From assembly GCA_964016885.1 (NCBI GenBank), contig OZ024741.1, positions 200,260,001-200,324,000 on the forward strand: a stretch of 64,000 nt of DNA, read 5' to 3'. This DNA comes from Eledone cirrhosa (Eukaryota). Positions 24,801 to 37,929 of the stretch are shown one piece after another (position 1 is the first letter of the stretch; each line of letters opens with the position of its first letter). The translations under genes were made by a program, and so were the position numbers. The notes under the pieces were generated by a model that was not told the origin of the DNA, did not search any database, and worked only from the letters and a program-made list of their open reading frames with translations.

Positions 24801-27800
24801 CACGACCACTTTACAGTGAGGACTGGGGGACTTTATTACAGTGGCGCCTACACGACCACTTTACAGTGAGGAATGGGAGACTTTTTTACAGTGGCGCCTA
24901 CACGACCACTTTACAGTGAGGACTGGGGGACTTTATTACAGTGGCGCCTTCACGACCACTTTACAGTGAGGACTGGGGGACTTCTTTACAGTGGCGCCTA
25001 CACGACCACTTTACAGTGAGGACTGGGAGACTTTTTTACAGTGGAGCCTACACGACCACTTTACAGTGAGGACTGGGGGACTTTTTTACAGTGGCGCCTA
25101 CACGACCACTTTACAGTGAGGACTGGGGGACTTTATTACAGTGACGCCTACACGACCACTTTACAGTGAGGACTGGGGGACTTTATTACGGTGACGCCTA
25201 CACGACCACTTTACAGTGAGGACTGGGGGACTTTTTTACAGTGGCGCCTACACGACCACTTTACAGTGAGGACTGGGGTACTTTTTTAAAGTGGCGCCTA
25301 CACGACCACTTTACAGTGAGGACTGGGGGATTTTATTACAGTGACGCCTACACGACCACTTTACAGTGAGGACTGGGGGACTTTATTACAGTGGCGCCTA
25401 CACGACCACTTTACAGTGAGGACTGGGGGACTTTATTACAGTGGCGCCTACACGACCACTTTACAGTGAGGACTGGGGGACTTTATTACAGTGGCGCCTA
25501 CACGACCACTTTACAGTGAGGAATGGGAGACTTTTTTACAGTGGCGCCTACACGACCACTTTACAGTGAGGACTGGGGGACTTTATTACAGTGGCGCCTA
25601 CACGACCACTTTACAGTGCGGACTGGGGGACTTCTTTACAGTGGCGCCTACACGACCACTTTACAATGAGGACTGGGAGACTTTTTTACAGTGGCGCCTA
25701 CACGACCACTTTACAGTGAGGACTGGGGGACTTTTTTACAGTGGCGCCTACACGACCACTTTACAGTGAGGACTGGGGGACTTTATTACAGTGACGCCTA
25801 CACGACCACTTTACAGTGAGGACTGGGGGACTTTATTACGGTGACGCCTACACGACCACTTTACAGTGAGGACTGGGGGACTTTTTTACAGTGGCGCCTA
25901 CACGACCACTTTACAGTGAGGACTGGGGGACTTTATTACAGTGGCGCCTACACGACCACTTTACAGTGAGGACTGGGGGACTTTATTACAGTGACGCCTA
26001 CACGACCACTTTACAGTGAGGACTGGGGGACTTTATTACGGTGACGCCTACACGACCACTTTACAGTGAGGACTGGGGGACTTTTTTACAGTGGCGCCTA
26101 CACGACCACTTTACAGTGAGGACTGGGGGACTTTATTACAGTGGCGCCTACACGACCACTTTACAGTGAGGACTGGGTGCTTTTTTACAGTGGCGCCTAC
26201 ACGACCACTTTACAGTGAGGACTGGGGGACTTTATTACGGTGACGCCTACACGACCACTTTACAGTGAGGACTGGGGGACTTTTTTACAGTGGCGCCTAC
26301 ACGACCACTTTACAGTGAGGACTGGGGGACTTCTTTACAGTGGCGCCTACACGACCACTTTACAGTGAGGACTGGGGGACTTTATTACGGTGACGCCTAC
26401 ACGACCACTTTACAGTGAGGACTGGGGGACTTTTTTACAGTGGCGCCTACACGACCACTTTACAGTGAGGACTGGGGGACTTTTTTACAGTGGCGCCTAC
26501 ACGACCACTTTACAGTGAGGACTGGGTGCTTTTTTACAGTGGCGCCTACACGACCACTTTACAGTGAGGACTGGGGGACTTTATTACGGTGACGCCTACA
26601 CGACCACTTTACAGTGAGGACTGGGGGAGTTTTTTACAGTGGCGCCTACACGACCACTTTACAGTGAGGACTGGGGGACTTCTTTACAGTGGCGCCTACA
26701 CGACCACTTTACAGTGAGGACTGGGAGACTTTTTTACAGTGGCGCCTACACGACCACTTTACAGAGAGGACTGGGGGACTTTATTACAGTGGCGCCTACA
26801 CGACCACTTTACAGTGAGGACTGGGGGACTTTATTACAGTGGCGCCTACACGACCACTTTACAGTGAGGACTGGGGGACTTTATTACAGTGGCACCTACA
26901 CGACCACTTTACAGTGAGGAATGGGAGACTTTTTTACAGTGGCGCCTACACGACCACTTTACAGTGAGGACTGGGGGACTTTATTACAGTGGCGCCTACA
27001 CGACCACTTTACAGTGAGGACTGGGGGACTTCTTTACAGTGGCGCCTACACGACCACTTTACAGTGAGGACTGGGGGACTTTATTACAGTGGCGCCTACA
27101 CGACCACTTTACAGTGAGGACTGGGGGACTTTATTACAGTGGCGCCTACACGACCACTTTACAGTGAGGACTGGGGGACTTTTTTACAGTGGCGCCTACA
27201 CGACCACTTTACAGTGAGGACTGGGGGACTTCTTTACAGTGGCGCCTACACGACCACTTTACAGTGAGGACTGGGGGACTTTATTACGGTGACGCCTACA
27301 CGACCACTTTACAGTGAGGACTGGGGGACTTTTTTACAGTGGCGCCTACACGACCACTTTACAGTGAGGACTGGGGGACTTTTTTACAGTGGCGCCTACA
27401 CGACCACTTTACAGTGAGGACTGGGTGCTTTTTTACAGTGGCGCCTACACGACCACTTTACAGTGAGGACTGGGGGACTTTATTACGGTGACGCCTACAC
27501 GACCACTTTACAGTGAGGACTGGGGGAGTTTTTTACAGTGGCGCCTACACGACCACTTTACAGTGAGGACTGGGGGACTTCTTTACAGTGGCGCCTACAC
27601 GACCACTTTACAGTGAGGACTGGGAGACTTTTTTACAGTGGCGCCTACACGACCACTTTACAGAGAGGACTGGGGGACTTTATTACAGTTGCGCCTACAC
27701 GACCACTTTACAGTGAGGACTGGGGGACTTTATTACAGTGGCGCCTACACGACCACTTTACAGTGAGGACTGGGGGACTTTATTACAGTGGCACCTACAC

Positions 27801-28181
27801 GACCACTTTACAGTGAGGAATGGGAGACTTTTTTACAGTGGCGCCTACACGACCACTTTACAGTGAGGACTGGGGGACTTTTTTACAGTGGCGCCTACAC
27901 GACCACTTTACAGTGAGGACTGGGGGACTTTTTTACAGTGGCGCCTACACGACCACTTTACAGTGAGGACTGGGAGACTTTTTTACAGTGGCGCCTACAC
28001 GACCACTTTACAGTGAGGACTGGGTGCTTTTTTACAGTGGCGCCTACACGACCACTTTACAGTGAGGACTGGGTGCTTTTTTACAGTGGCGCCTACACGA
28101 CCACTTTACAGTGAGGACTGGGGGACTTTTTTACAGTGGCGCCTACACGACCACTTTACAGTGAGGACTGGGGGACTTTTT
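21822..28181. repeat. Tandem satellite, 50-bp unit, about 127 copies
   Basis: Consensus GTGGCGCCTACACGACCACTTTACAGTGAGGACTGGGGGACTTTTTTACA. Copy number is estimated as length divided by 50. Confidence 0.98.
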
Positions 28182-31132
28182 AGTAAACCAAAAATGTGGT
28201 GGATTGAAAAAACTGGTAGAACATCAGATAAAATGCCATTGCAATATTTGTTCTGGTTCTTTACATTCTCAATTCAAATCCTGCCATAATCAACTTTGCA
28301 TTTCATCCATCTGAGGATAGTAAAATAAAATACCAGTTAAGTACTGGGGTTGATTTATTCAACCTTCCCCTCCCCCAAATTGTTGGCCTTGTGCCTAAAT
28401 TAGAAACCATTTAAAGGTGGTGGATTGGTGGAACTGTTAGAGCATTGGATAAAATACCATTACAGTATTTCTTCCGTCTCTTGACATTCTAAGTTCAAAG
28501 TATTGGGGTTCCCTTTCTCAAAATTTGCTGGCCTTGTGTCTAAATTAGAAATCAATATCCTTAACAAATTCCATATATTCTCCTAATCAGTTGCTGAAAT
28601 GTCAAACTGTGTTTACCATTATCATTTATAAATTAGTCTAAATTTATCTACTCTACCCATTTGTTTGGTTCTTTTCTCATCTCAACAATTTTCCTGTTTC
28701 TAGATAAAACTTCATTGCCTGAGATTTCCTTATAATTTTTATATAGCATCAAGTCCTACGAATCTCCCCCTTATGCAGTCTCTTTGTACTCGATAAACTT
28801 CATGACACTGATTGGGATATGGTAGCTTCTGCCACTTCAATATAGGGTCATTCAAGAGTTTTATGACATGCTGTTGGAAGATTGTGCATATCTATTAAAT
28901 AAACACGACAGAAATGGTACTGTTATTATCATAACTGAGTGTTGATAATATTATCATATTGGTTTCATTATTATCATAGAGCGGTGGATTGGCAGTATCG
29001 GTAGAGGGTTGGATGCCATGCTTTCTAGCATAGTTATGTCCCTTTATGGTTTGAGTTTAAATCCCGTCGAGGTTAACTTTGCCTTTCATCCTTACGGGGT
29101 CGATAAAATAAAGTACCAGTAATGTACTGGGTAATTGCTTTTGCCTAAAGTAGAAACAATTATTATCATAGGGCAGTGGATTGGCAGAGTCATTAGATCA
29201 TTGAACGAATGCTTAGTAATATTTGTTCCAGCTCTGTAAGTTCTGAGTTTAAATCCCACTTTGCCTTTCATCCTTATGGGATCAATAAAATAAAGTACTA
29301 GTAATGCCCTGGGGTCTATTTAATTGACTCTCCCTCCCCCCAAATTGTTGACTTTGTGCCTAAATCAGAAACCAAAAGCATGGGCAACAGGCTTTGCTGC
29401 ATGGAATTACGGCTCTTTACGATCTGATTTCAAATCCTGCTGAGGTTAGCTTTGCCTTTCATCCTTCTGGGGTCAATAAAATGTAGTACCAGTCATGTAC
29501 TGTGGTCGATGTAATCTGCTTTCCCCTCCCCCAAAACTTGTGGCTTTGTACCTATATCTGAAACCATTATTATCAGAGCTAAGTTCTTGTTTATCAATGA
29601 AAAACTGCTGTACAGCTGTCTGCACTGTTTCCACATCTAATGCACCACTGGTAAAAGCTCCAATATTGGAATCCTAATATTCTCTATTATAAGAGATTTA
29701 TTATGCATAACTAATAGTACTTAAACTTTTTTTCTTTTTTTAAACTCACCAACTATCAATGGTGAACTGTGATTTCTGTCAATTCTCCCTTAGCATTCAC
29801 ATTACTCTATATATATTATTATATTTTCATGGTAATGGCTTTACTTCACATAATAACTCACATAATATTGAATTTATGAGATTTTGAAAGTATATATTTT
29901 GAGAACAATACCTTAACATCAGTTTCAGCGACCAGTTACAGCCAGTTTCAACAGAAAGAGGTAGAGAATTCTGGCTGGTTTTGGACGGTTTGAACATTAA
30001 AGGGTTAAGTTAAACATTTTATTTATGTAAACCTTCAATGTTGATAAAGACATCTTTATATCGCAGAGTAGGTACACTTCTAGCTTGATTAGCCCTTTTA
30101 TAACCATAATTTTCATAAAAGACACTGCTTATAATTTTCAGATCATTTTGAAAATAATCAAGAATTTGGAAGTAAATATTTCTCATAATTTATGTGGAAT
30201 TTGGAACATAAATTAACAGATTCTTATATATAATTATAATCAAAGGATTTTAGATAAATATTAACACCAAAATAAGCAACTTTGTATTGTATAACCAGGG
30301 GCCATTTTCTTTTGGTTTGGTATCAAAAGGGTTGCTTTTATTGACGGCTATCTTTGTTGAACAAAACATCATGGTCATCATCGTCATTACTGTTTTATGT
30401 CTATTTTCCATGCTTTTATGAGTTAAATGGGATGTCATATTCAGATGAGTGTCTCCCTCATATACCATTCTGGCATGGTTTCTATGGTTGGATGTGCTTC
30501 CTAATGCCAAATACATCACAGTCTCTACTATTTGTATTTTTTCATGGCATTAGCACTACCACCAGACAAGGTGGATTGGGTGCTTTTTATAATGGCATCA
30601 GCATTACCACATTATAGTATGGGTAAAACATAATCTAAAATTATAAATATGTTGACAATATGCTGTGGTTTGATAATTAGATTATTGCTTGTGGATTTTT
30701 ACATATCCACAGATGCAAAACCTTGGACACGTCATCAGTGTTGTATCCTGAAGACACTTGATGTTTTAAATCTTCCAAAATAGACCTTCATCCAAGTGGC
30801 CCAACTGAGGTCAATCAAGTTTCAGTCTGTGTCTATGTGTCATACATACAACTGATCCCACTAGTTACTTCTCTTCATTTATTCATTTATAATCACCTAA
30901 ATCCCCTCTCTGCTGCTTCTATCTTGTTCCTGGTGGCTCTCCTCCTGCTTGCTCTAGTAATACCCAGAGTTCCATAGGTTTTCATTTAGGAATATTGAGA
31001 GAATATACAGGGAGCATAGTATTAAATGCATGAAAACTACAAATCATGCATTTTTTTTTTTTTTATATGAACTGTTAACTTCAGGACAGGTTTATGTCTA
31101 AATGCCATTATTTGTATTTGTATTTGTATATA

Positions 31133-31720
31133 AGGCGGTGGATTGGCAGTATAGGTAGAGGGTCGGATGCCATGCTTTCCAGCATAGTTACGTCCCTTTA
31201 CGATCTGAGTTCAAATCCCGCCGAGGTTGACTTTGCCTTTCATCCTTGCGGGGTCGATAAAATAAAGTACCAGTAATGTACTGGGTAATTACTGGCCTTG
31301 TGCCAAAGGTAGAAACAATTATTTGTATTTGTATTGAAGGGTGGTGGATTGGCAGTATCGGTAGAGGGTTGGACGCCATGCTTTGATGCATTGAGTTACA
31401 GCCCATGCCATTCTGAGTTCAAATCCTGCCGAGGTTAACTTTGCCTTTCATCCTTACAGAGTCGATAAAATAAAGTACCAGAAATACACTGGGATAATTG
31501 CTGGCCTTGTGCCAAAAGTAGAAACAATTATTTATATTTGGATTCGCAGTATCAGTAGAGCATCAGACACCATGCTTTCCAGCATATGGCCCTTTACGTT
31601 CTGAGTTCAAATCCCTCCGAGGTTAACTTTGCCTTTCATCCTTATGGGGTTGATAAAATAAAGTACCAGTAATGTGTTGATATAATTGCTGGTCTTGTGC
31701 CAAAAATAGAAACAATTATT
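31133..31720 (+). mobile_element. Three head-to-tail Nin-like SINE copies
   Basis: Units of ~190-200 bp at ~31133, ~31338 and ~31545, each ending GTAGAAACAATTATTT or a close variant. Confidence 0.9.
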
Positions 31721-31745
31721 TGTATTTAAAATCTCGTGTTAGGGA

Positions 31746-32950
31746 GAAGCAGGGACTAGAGAGAAAGGGCCTCAAAGTCAACATGACAAAGACTAAGGTC
31801 CTTATAAGTAGACGAGAAAACAGAACCCAGATCCCCTCAGGGAAATGGCCTTGCTCAGTATGTAGGAAAGGTGTAGGTAGGAACTCCATTCTCTGCCCCA
31901 AATGCAAACAATGGGTACACAAGAGATGTAGCGGGATCTCAGGAAGCTTAATTAAGAATGTAGGATTCACATGCAGCAGCTGTGCTGAAACAGCAAGCAA
32001 ACAGCCACAGGAAACAAGTACCACCAATCTCTGGGAGGGCCCTGTAGAAACAGTAGACAGCTTCTGCTACCTAGGTGACCGAATTAGCAACGGAGGTGGG
32101 TGCTCAGAAAGTACAATAACTAGGGTAAGAACGGGATGGAAGAAGTTTAGGGAACTACTACCACTGCTAGCTGCAAAAGGCTTCTCCCTCAGAATGAAAG
32201 GCAGACTGTATGATGCGTGTATCCGAACAATGATGTTGCATGGTAGTGAGACCTGGGCGCTGAAGGTGGAAGACTTACGTAGATTAGAGAGAAACGAAGC
32301 CTGCATGCTCCGATGGATGTGTAACAGTAATATACGTGAACGACAAAGCATAAAGGAATTGAGAGAGAGACTGAGCATAAGAGGAATCAAATGCTGCGTG
32401 CAGGAGAGGCAGTTACGCTGGTATGGACATGTGATGCGTATGAAGGATGACAGCTGCATAAAAAGGTGCAGAGCACTAGAAGTTGATGGAAACCGCGGAG
32501 TGGGGAGACCCAAGATGACTTGGGATGAGGTGATAAAAGCCGACCTTACCCAACTACACCTCTCAAAGTCAATGACACACGACCGTGACTTCTGGCGTCA
32601 CGCAGTAATACAGGGTACCCGACCTCCCATGGGTACATGCTGAAGCATATAAACAATATGCCCCCCCCCCCCCCACCGCAAGGTGGTCGTGGAGGTGCCA
32701 CGGCAAAAAAGCACCCAGCCCACACTGTAAAGTGGACGTGTAGGCGCCACGAAAAAAGTACCCAGCACTCACTGTAAATGAGGTTGGTGTTAGGAAGGGC
32801 ATCCAGCTGTAGAAATCAAGCCAGATCAGTTCCTGTATGAGCAAGGCATGGTCAGCCGACCAGACACTGCCCACAACAGGACAACCCGTCTAACCCATGC
32901 TAGCGTGGAAGAACGGACGTAAAACGGTGATGATGATGATGATGATGATG
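31746..32950 (+). mobile_element. 5'-truncated, little-decayed RTE-clade LINE
   Basis: Uninterrupted ORF to 32643 (GLKVNMTKTK, WPCSVCRKGVGRNSILCPKCKQWVHKRC, FCYLGD, LRWYGHV, GRPKMTW), then the 3' UTR and (GAT)n. Nearly identical to the 19860 copy. Confidence 0.95.
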
Positions 32951-34479
32951 TTACTGCAATGAAGATAGAAACTGGAAATAAAATTAACTATATAAGTTTA
33001 TTGTTGGAATAGAAATATCTAATGCAGATTGAATAGGTAGATGAAGTGCTCATTGCATGGGTCATAATATTGGGGTTTGACTGACTGCTTCTTCTTTGAG
33101 CTGATTGCTGTAGAGTCTGCTCCTCCCTCCCTACTGCATCATATTTTCATTATTTTATTTTATTTTATTTTTTTTATTGCAAACATTATATAATTCAACT
33201 GAAATGTATTGAATAAAGATTTTTATTTTGCTTGGACTAAAAAAAAAAAAAGTATTGATCTAACCAAAGAGGAGCTCTGATAGGAACATCATAACCCTAG
33301 TTCCTACATTGGCCATCACACACATGCAATTCAGTCTCCTACTCAATTAATTAGTTGAAAATATATTACACTTTTAGAAAATGTGTGTAACAAAAACTGA
33401 ATATTTGACTTTCTCAAATGCTTTAAGCATGTTTTGCAAAAATGCAATGTCTATTATCACATATTAATTGTGGATAAAATGTCCATTAGTAAAATGTTAA
33501 CTTTATACACGAAGTATTGTTTCTTTATTTTATGGAATGACACGGCTATCAGCATGTGATAGTAATTCAATTTTCACAATTCTATATTGATAACTAATTA
33601 GATCTGCAAGGATTAATAAGGATTAATCAGTGTCATCGCCATTTAACATTTTCCATGCTTGCATGGGTTAGATGGTTGTTGTGTGATAAGGCCGGACTAG
33701 TCAGGTTCTCATACATTCATTACTTCTATTCTCTGGTTGCGTATATATCCTCTTTATTGGGGAAGGTAAGAAATTCTCTAATATTTTCTATTCCTCAGAT
33801 CCTCTAGCTGTCCAGTTAGCTAGTGAACTCAAATGATTGTTCTTAATATAGTGGACTGCTTGTAATACATTTTTATACTTTTGAACTCTCTGTTAATGTG
33901 TAGAGTGTGCAGTACAAGGAAACTATTTTAAAATATCCACCAATTATTTAAAAATTGATACATATATAGTTATTTTTTTTTAATTTTCTAAAAGCCATAA
34001 AAATGGCAAGAGCATAAAAATAACAATAATAGAAGTAAGAGGAATATTAAAAGTAGAAGAAATCAAAACCATGTAAATTTATCCTTTATTTTTAGATTGG
34101 CTAGAGCAAAGGAAGTGGTGGTGATAGAATTATTGGCAAATGTACGTTTAATAAAAAAAACAATATATGTACAAGTTGTTTGAAAGAAATCTCTTTTGAA
34201 AAGAACAAACAAACAAATGATGTATATGTATGAAGATGTGGTATTGACTGCAATGCCGTGATTTTCATAAGAAGATATAGCTATCTCTTTGACAGTAAAA
34301 AGTCTTCATTAAAAATATTGAAATTGATATATATAGATTTATTGAACTTTATTTTCAGTGAGGTTAAAAATTCTTAAAGTTACAGTATACTTCCAAAAAT
34401 GTATAGTTTACATTAATCAAAAAATTATTTTAAAATTCAATTACAAAGCCTGAATGTGTCCCTTGATATCCTGAAAGAA

Positions 34480-34850
34480 TAGGATCATGAAGAGTCTTTG
34501 GAGTAATGTTACTTGATAGAGTGCATAGCTCAGAGATCAGAGAGTCACTCCAGGTAGAACTGCTACTTCTCCAAATTGAGAGATCACAGCTCCAGTACTA
34601 TGAGTTGGTTAGAATGTCTCAGGAAAGAATCACTGGACAGATTTTACGGACAAAACCAACCAGCAGGAGACCCAGGGGTAGACCCCATGCAAGATGGTTG
34701 GATAACACCCATGAGCTTGGTTGGTCTCACTTGTGGAACCAGCCAGATCAGTTGTAGACAGTTGCTTCTGACAAGACCTGCTGGAAGGAGTGTTTGAGGA
34801 CTCTGTCCCCCACAACCCTCTCAGGAATAAATGGGAAAAGAAGAATGAAG
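34480..34850 (+). mobile_element. RTE (Rex3/Expander-like) LINE 3' fragment
   Basis: DRVHSSEIRESLQVELLLLQIERSQL..RRPRGRP..RW. Confidence 0.8.
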
Positions 34851-37800
34851 AATTCAATTATAACATTCTGTATTTACATTTGGTATTACTGCATACTGCC
34901 AGTAATATGCACAGTAAATGTATACTGTAATTAGTAAAGAAAAAAAAAAATCTATTCGCAAAAATTTTAATTGCATCTTTTTGTTCCCACTTAAGTATTT
35001 TTTGAAAATTTTATTTATTCCTTATAACAATTAAATGATCGCATTGTAGTTGTGGATGGGTCCTCTTTGTATCCTGGCAACAAATATTTTATACCTAGTC
35101 CACCACTGCACACAAGCATTGTATTTCATTAGAAATACGATAGCAAAAGGGTTAATCCAGAGTAGAATGGAATTCAGTCAGGTTCAAATATTGGACTCAA
35201 CTGAGTTTCTCACCAATGTTCAATAGTATTTAACTAGGTCTGGCATATGAGTCGAGGTTTGGAAAAAAATTTGAATGATTACAGCCTTCCCTCTTCACTT
35301 ACCCAAACCACTCCAACTTCAACTAATTCCTTATTTATTTGCCTGCAGCCCAAGTGACACATTTTCCTTTCTTTTAAATGAAAGAATAGGCCCAAAACAT
35401 TAGCTCCAGCATACATCATAGCAATTCAACTTATCGAACACTTTTCTATGGACTAATTGTTCTGACACATGCCTTTATCAGTCTCCTTGGATTTCAGATT
35501 TTATCTGTCTTCTCTATAGTTGCAATCCTCTGAAATTCTCTCTTTGTTTATATTTCCCTACAGAACTTCAAACTAACAACTGCATAATCTCAGCTGTCAA
35601 GAAGGGCATGTAAAAGTCATGTCCACTGCCCTGCCTTCTGATAATTAACAAAAAAAAAATCATGTCTACAATAGTCAACAATCTCATTAGCACATCTAAT
35701 TAAAGGCAAATAGCTCTCTTTTTTAAACTATCTCATGGAATCTATATGAATGACAGAACTTTGTTGAAAATGGAGTTACTTAACTGAAAATTAGCAACAT
35801 TTTCAATTAATCTCAAAATTTAACCATTTTGTTTCCATATTTCAAATGAAAAACAGTCTATGATTTTCAAATAATTTTGAAAATATTCAAGATTTTGGAG
35901 GGATATTTAATACAATGACTAGCTTTCTCATTATTAAGCTGGCATTTAGGACAAAATTTAACAAATGTTTTAACATAAAATACTGATTGAAGGTTCTTTT
36001 TAGATAAATATAAACACTAACATAAATTGTATAGTTGAACCGGAGGGCCAGCTTCAGCTGGTTTCGTATCGAAAATGGTTAAGCCTAACTGAACTTCATC
36101 CTATTCAAATTGCCTGGATTAACAGACTCTTTGTTGGCCATTGAGTTGCAGCATGCATAACTGGTGTCTTTTTCTTATAATTGGTTAATAGCCATCATTC
36201 TTATATAAGTTGCTCCAAGATGTTCACCTGCTGGTTATCAACCAACTCAGGAATTATACTCACTAAAAAAAAATTAAATCAGTAACTTTCTAGTGGATCA
36301 AATCAATCAAGCTCCCAGACCTCATCAAATTGGACCAAAGAAACAATGTTTCCATTGGTCTTTCCACTGCTGATACTATCTACAGGCTGCAACTCCTGGC
36401 AGAAAAAGTAACATGAAATAAAGTGTCTTGCTCAATGATATAATGCATCGCCCAATCCAGGAATCAAACTTGCAACCTCATGATTGTGAACCTAATTCTA
36501 TAACCACTAAGCCACATGCCATCTAATAAAACAGTTTTCTACACTTTAGCAAACTACAGCACCTTGAAATTCTCAATGTCAGATTTAATTGTCTAGTGCA
36601 AAGGACCAGTAAAGTAACTGCAATGTATTCAAATTTGTGTCCCATGAAGTCAACAATCTAACATCTAATTTACTCAGCCATTTAAATACATTGCAGTTAC
36701 TTCTACAAGAACACTACCTGTACCGAATAATATATTCCATGAAAAGAAATTTACTTTAACCCTTCCATTACTGTATTTCTAATTAAATATACTGCCAGTG
36801 TTTCAGTTAATTTTGAAAATAACCAAATATTTGGTAACTTTTTCATTAATAAGTGAACACAGAACATTACTTAACAAATATTTCTAAAAGTAAAATTATA
36901 ATGTAAGATTTTAATATAAACACTTTAGAATGTGCAATGTTGTATCTTAGAACCAGAGGCAATTTCAGGCAGATTGATATCAAAAGGAACAAATATTGGA
37001 TGCAAAATAGAAACAAAGTTCCCTTAGTAAAAATCAAAACAAAACAAATGTATGAGCAATGAGATTTTATTAGTAGGTAGGACTGATCAAGGTTGCGACT
37101 GAAAACAATAAAAACGAGCAGGAAGGGAGGTAATTAATCTCAATTTCATTTAACCCGGTACCAAGCCTATGTCTATAAGGATATAGCCAACTGACTCGGA
37201 ACATTACTGGTTCTTGATTTATCAATTTATGTAAATGAAATGCAAAGTCAATGTTGGTAGGATTTTAATTTGGAATGGGCTGCGGTGGGAGTATGTCACA
37301 TTGATTTCATGTATAGGTCCAACATCTGATATTGATAGCAGAAATAAGATTGTTGTATGTTTAAGTTTTCCTAAAGTGAAGTAAAATTGCTACAACTGAG
37401 GGAAAAAAAAAACAAACTATATTGCACTTGTCACCTCAAGACCATACCTTGTTTTGAAAGCATCCTTTTATTTCATTTTAAATAACAAAATAGTTTAATC
37501 CAGCTAGTAGGGGTGTTTCTATACAGTCCTTAAATTGCTAAAACAGCCCAATCTCCTTCAATAAACATCCTTGAATAGGGACCAATCTTAAGACAGCATG
37601 CTCCAACTCAAGGTGACAAATCAGACAGCTGATATCTGTATAGCTACTCAACTCAATAGAAATACATTCTGTTGGCTCCTCTTCAAGCAAATATGACTAG
37701 TGCTACTAGTGCAAAATCAAATTTCAAATTATACAAAATTAGGTCAAAATAATAAAATATATCAATTTTAAGTAATCAATTTTAAAAACTGCAATAGGCT

Positions 37801-37929
37801 AGCTTATTTTACATATTAAATGTTATTATTGGTAATTATTAATTTTTTTTAGTTCTAAAAACACTTTTTGAATTCGTAAAAATATTTAGGCAGTGTGAAT
37901 ATGTAATGACTAGTTTATTTGGTCATCAT

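Noticed and set aside
21822-28181. CRISPR-like appearance and repetitive ORFs (MAPTRPLYSEDW...) in the array
   Set aside because: There are no unique spacers and no cas genes, and the context is eukaryotic. The ORFs are by-products of a 50-bp unit derived from a LINE UTR.
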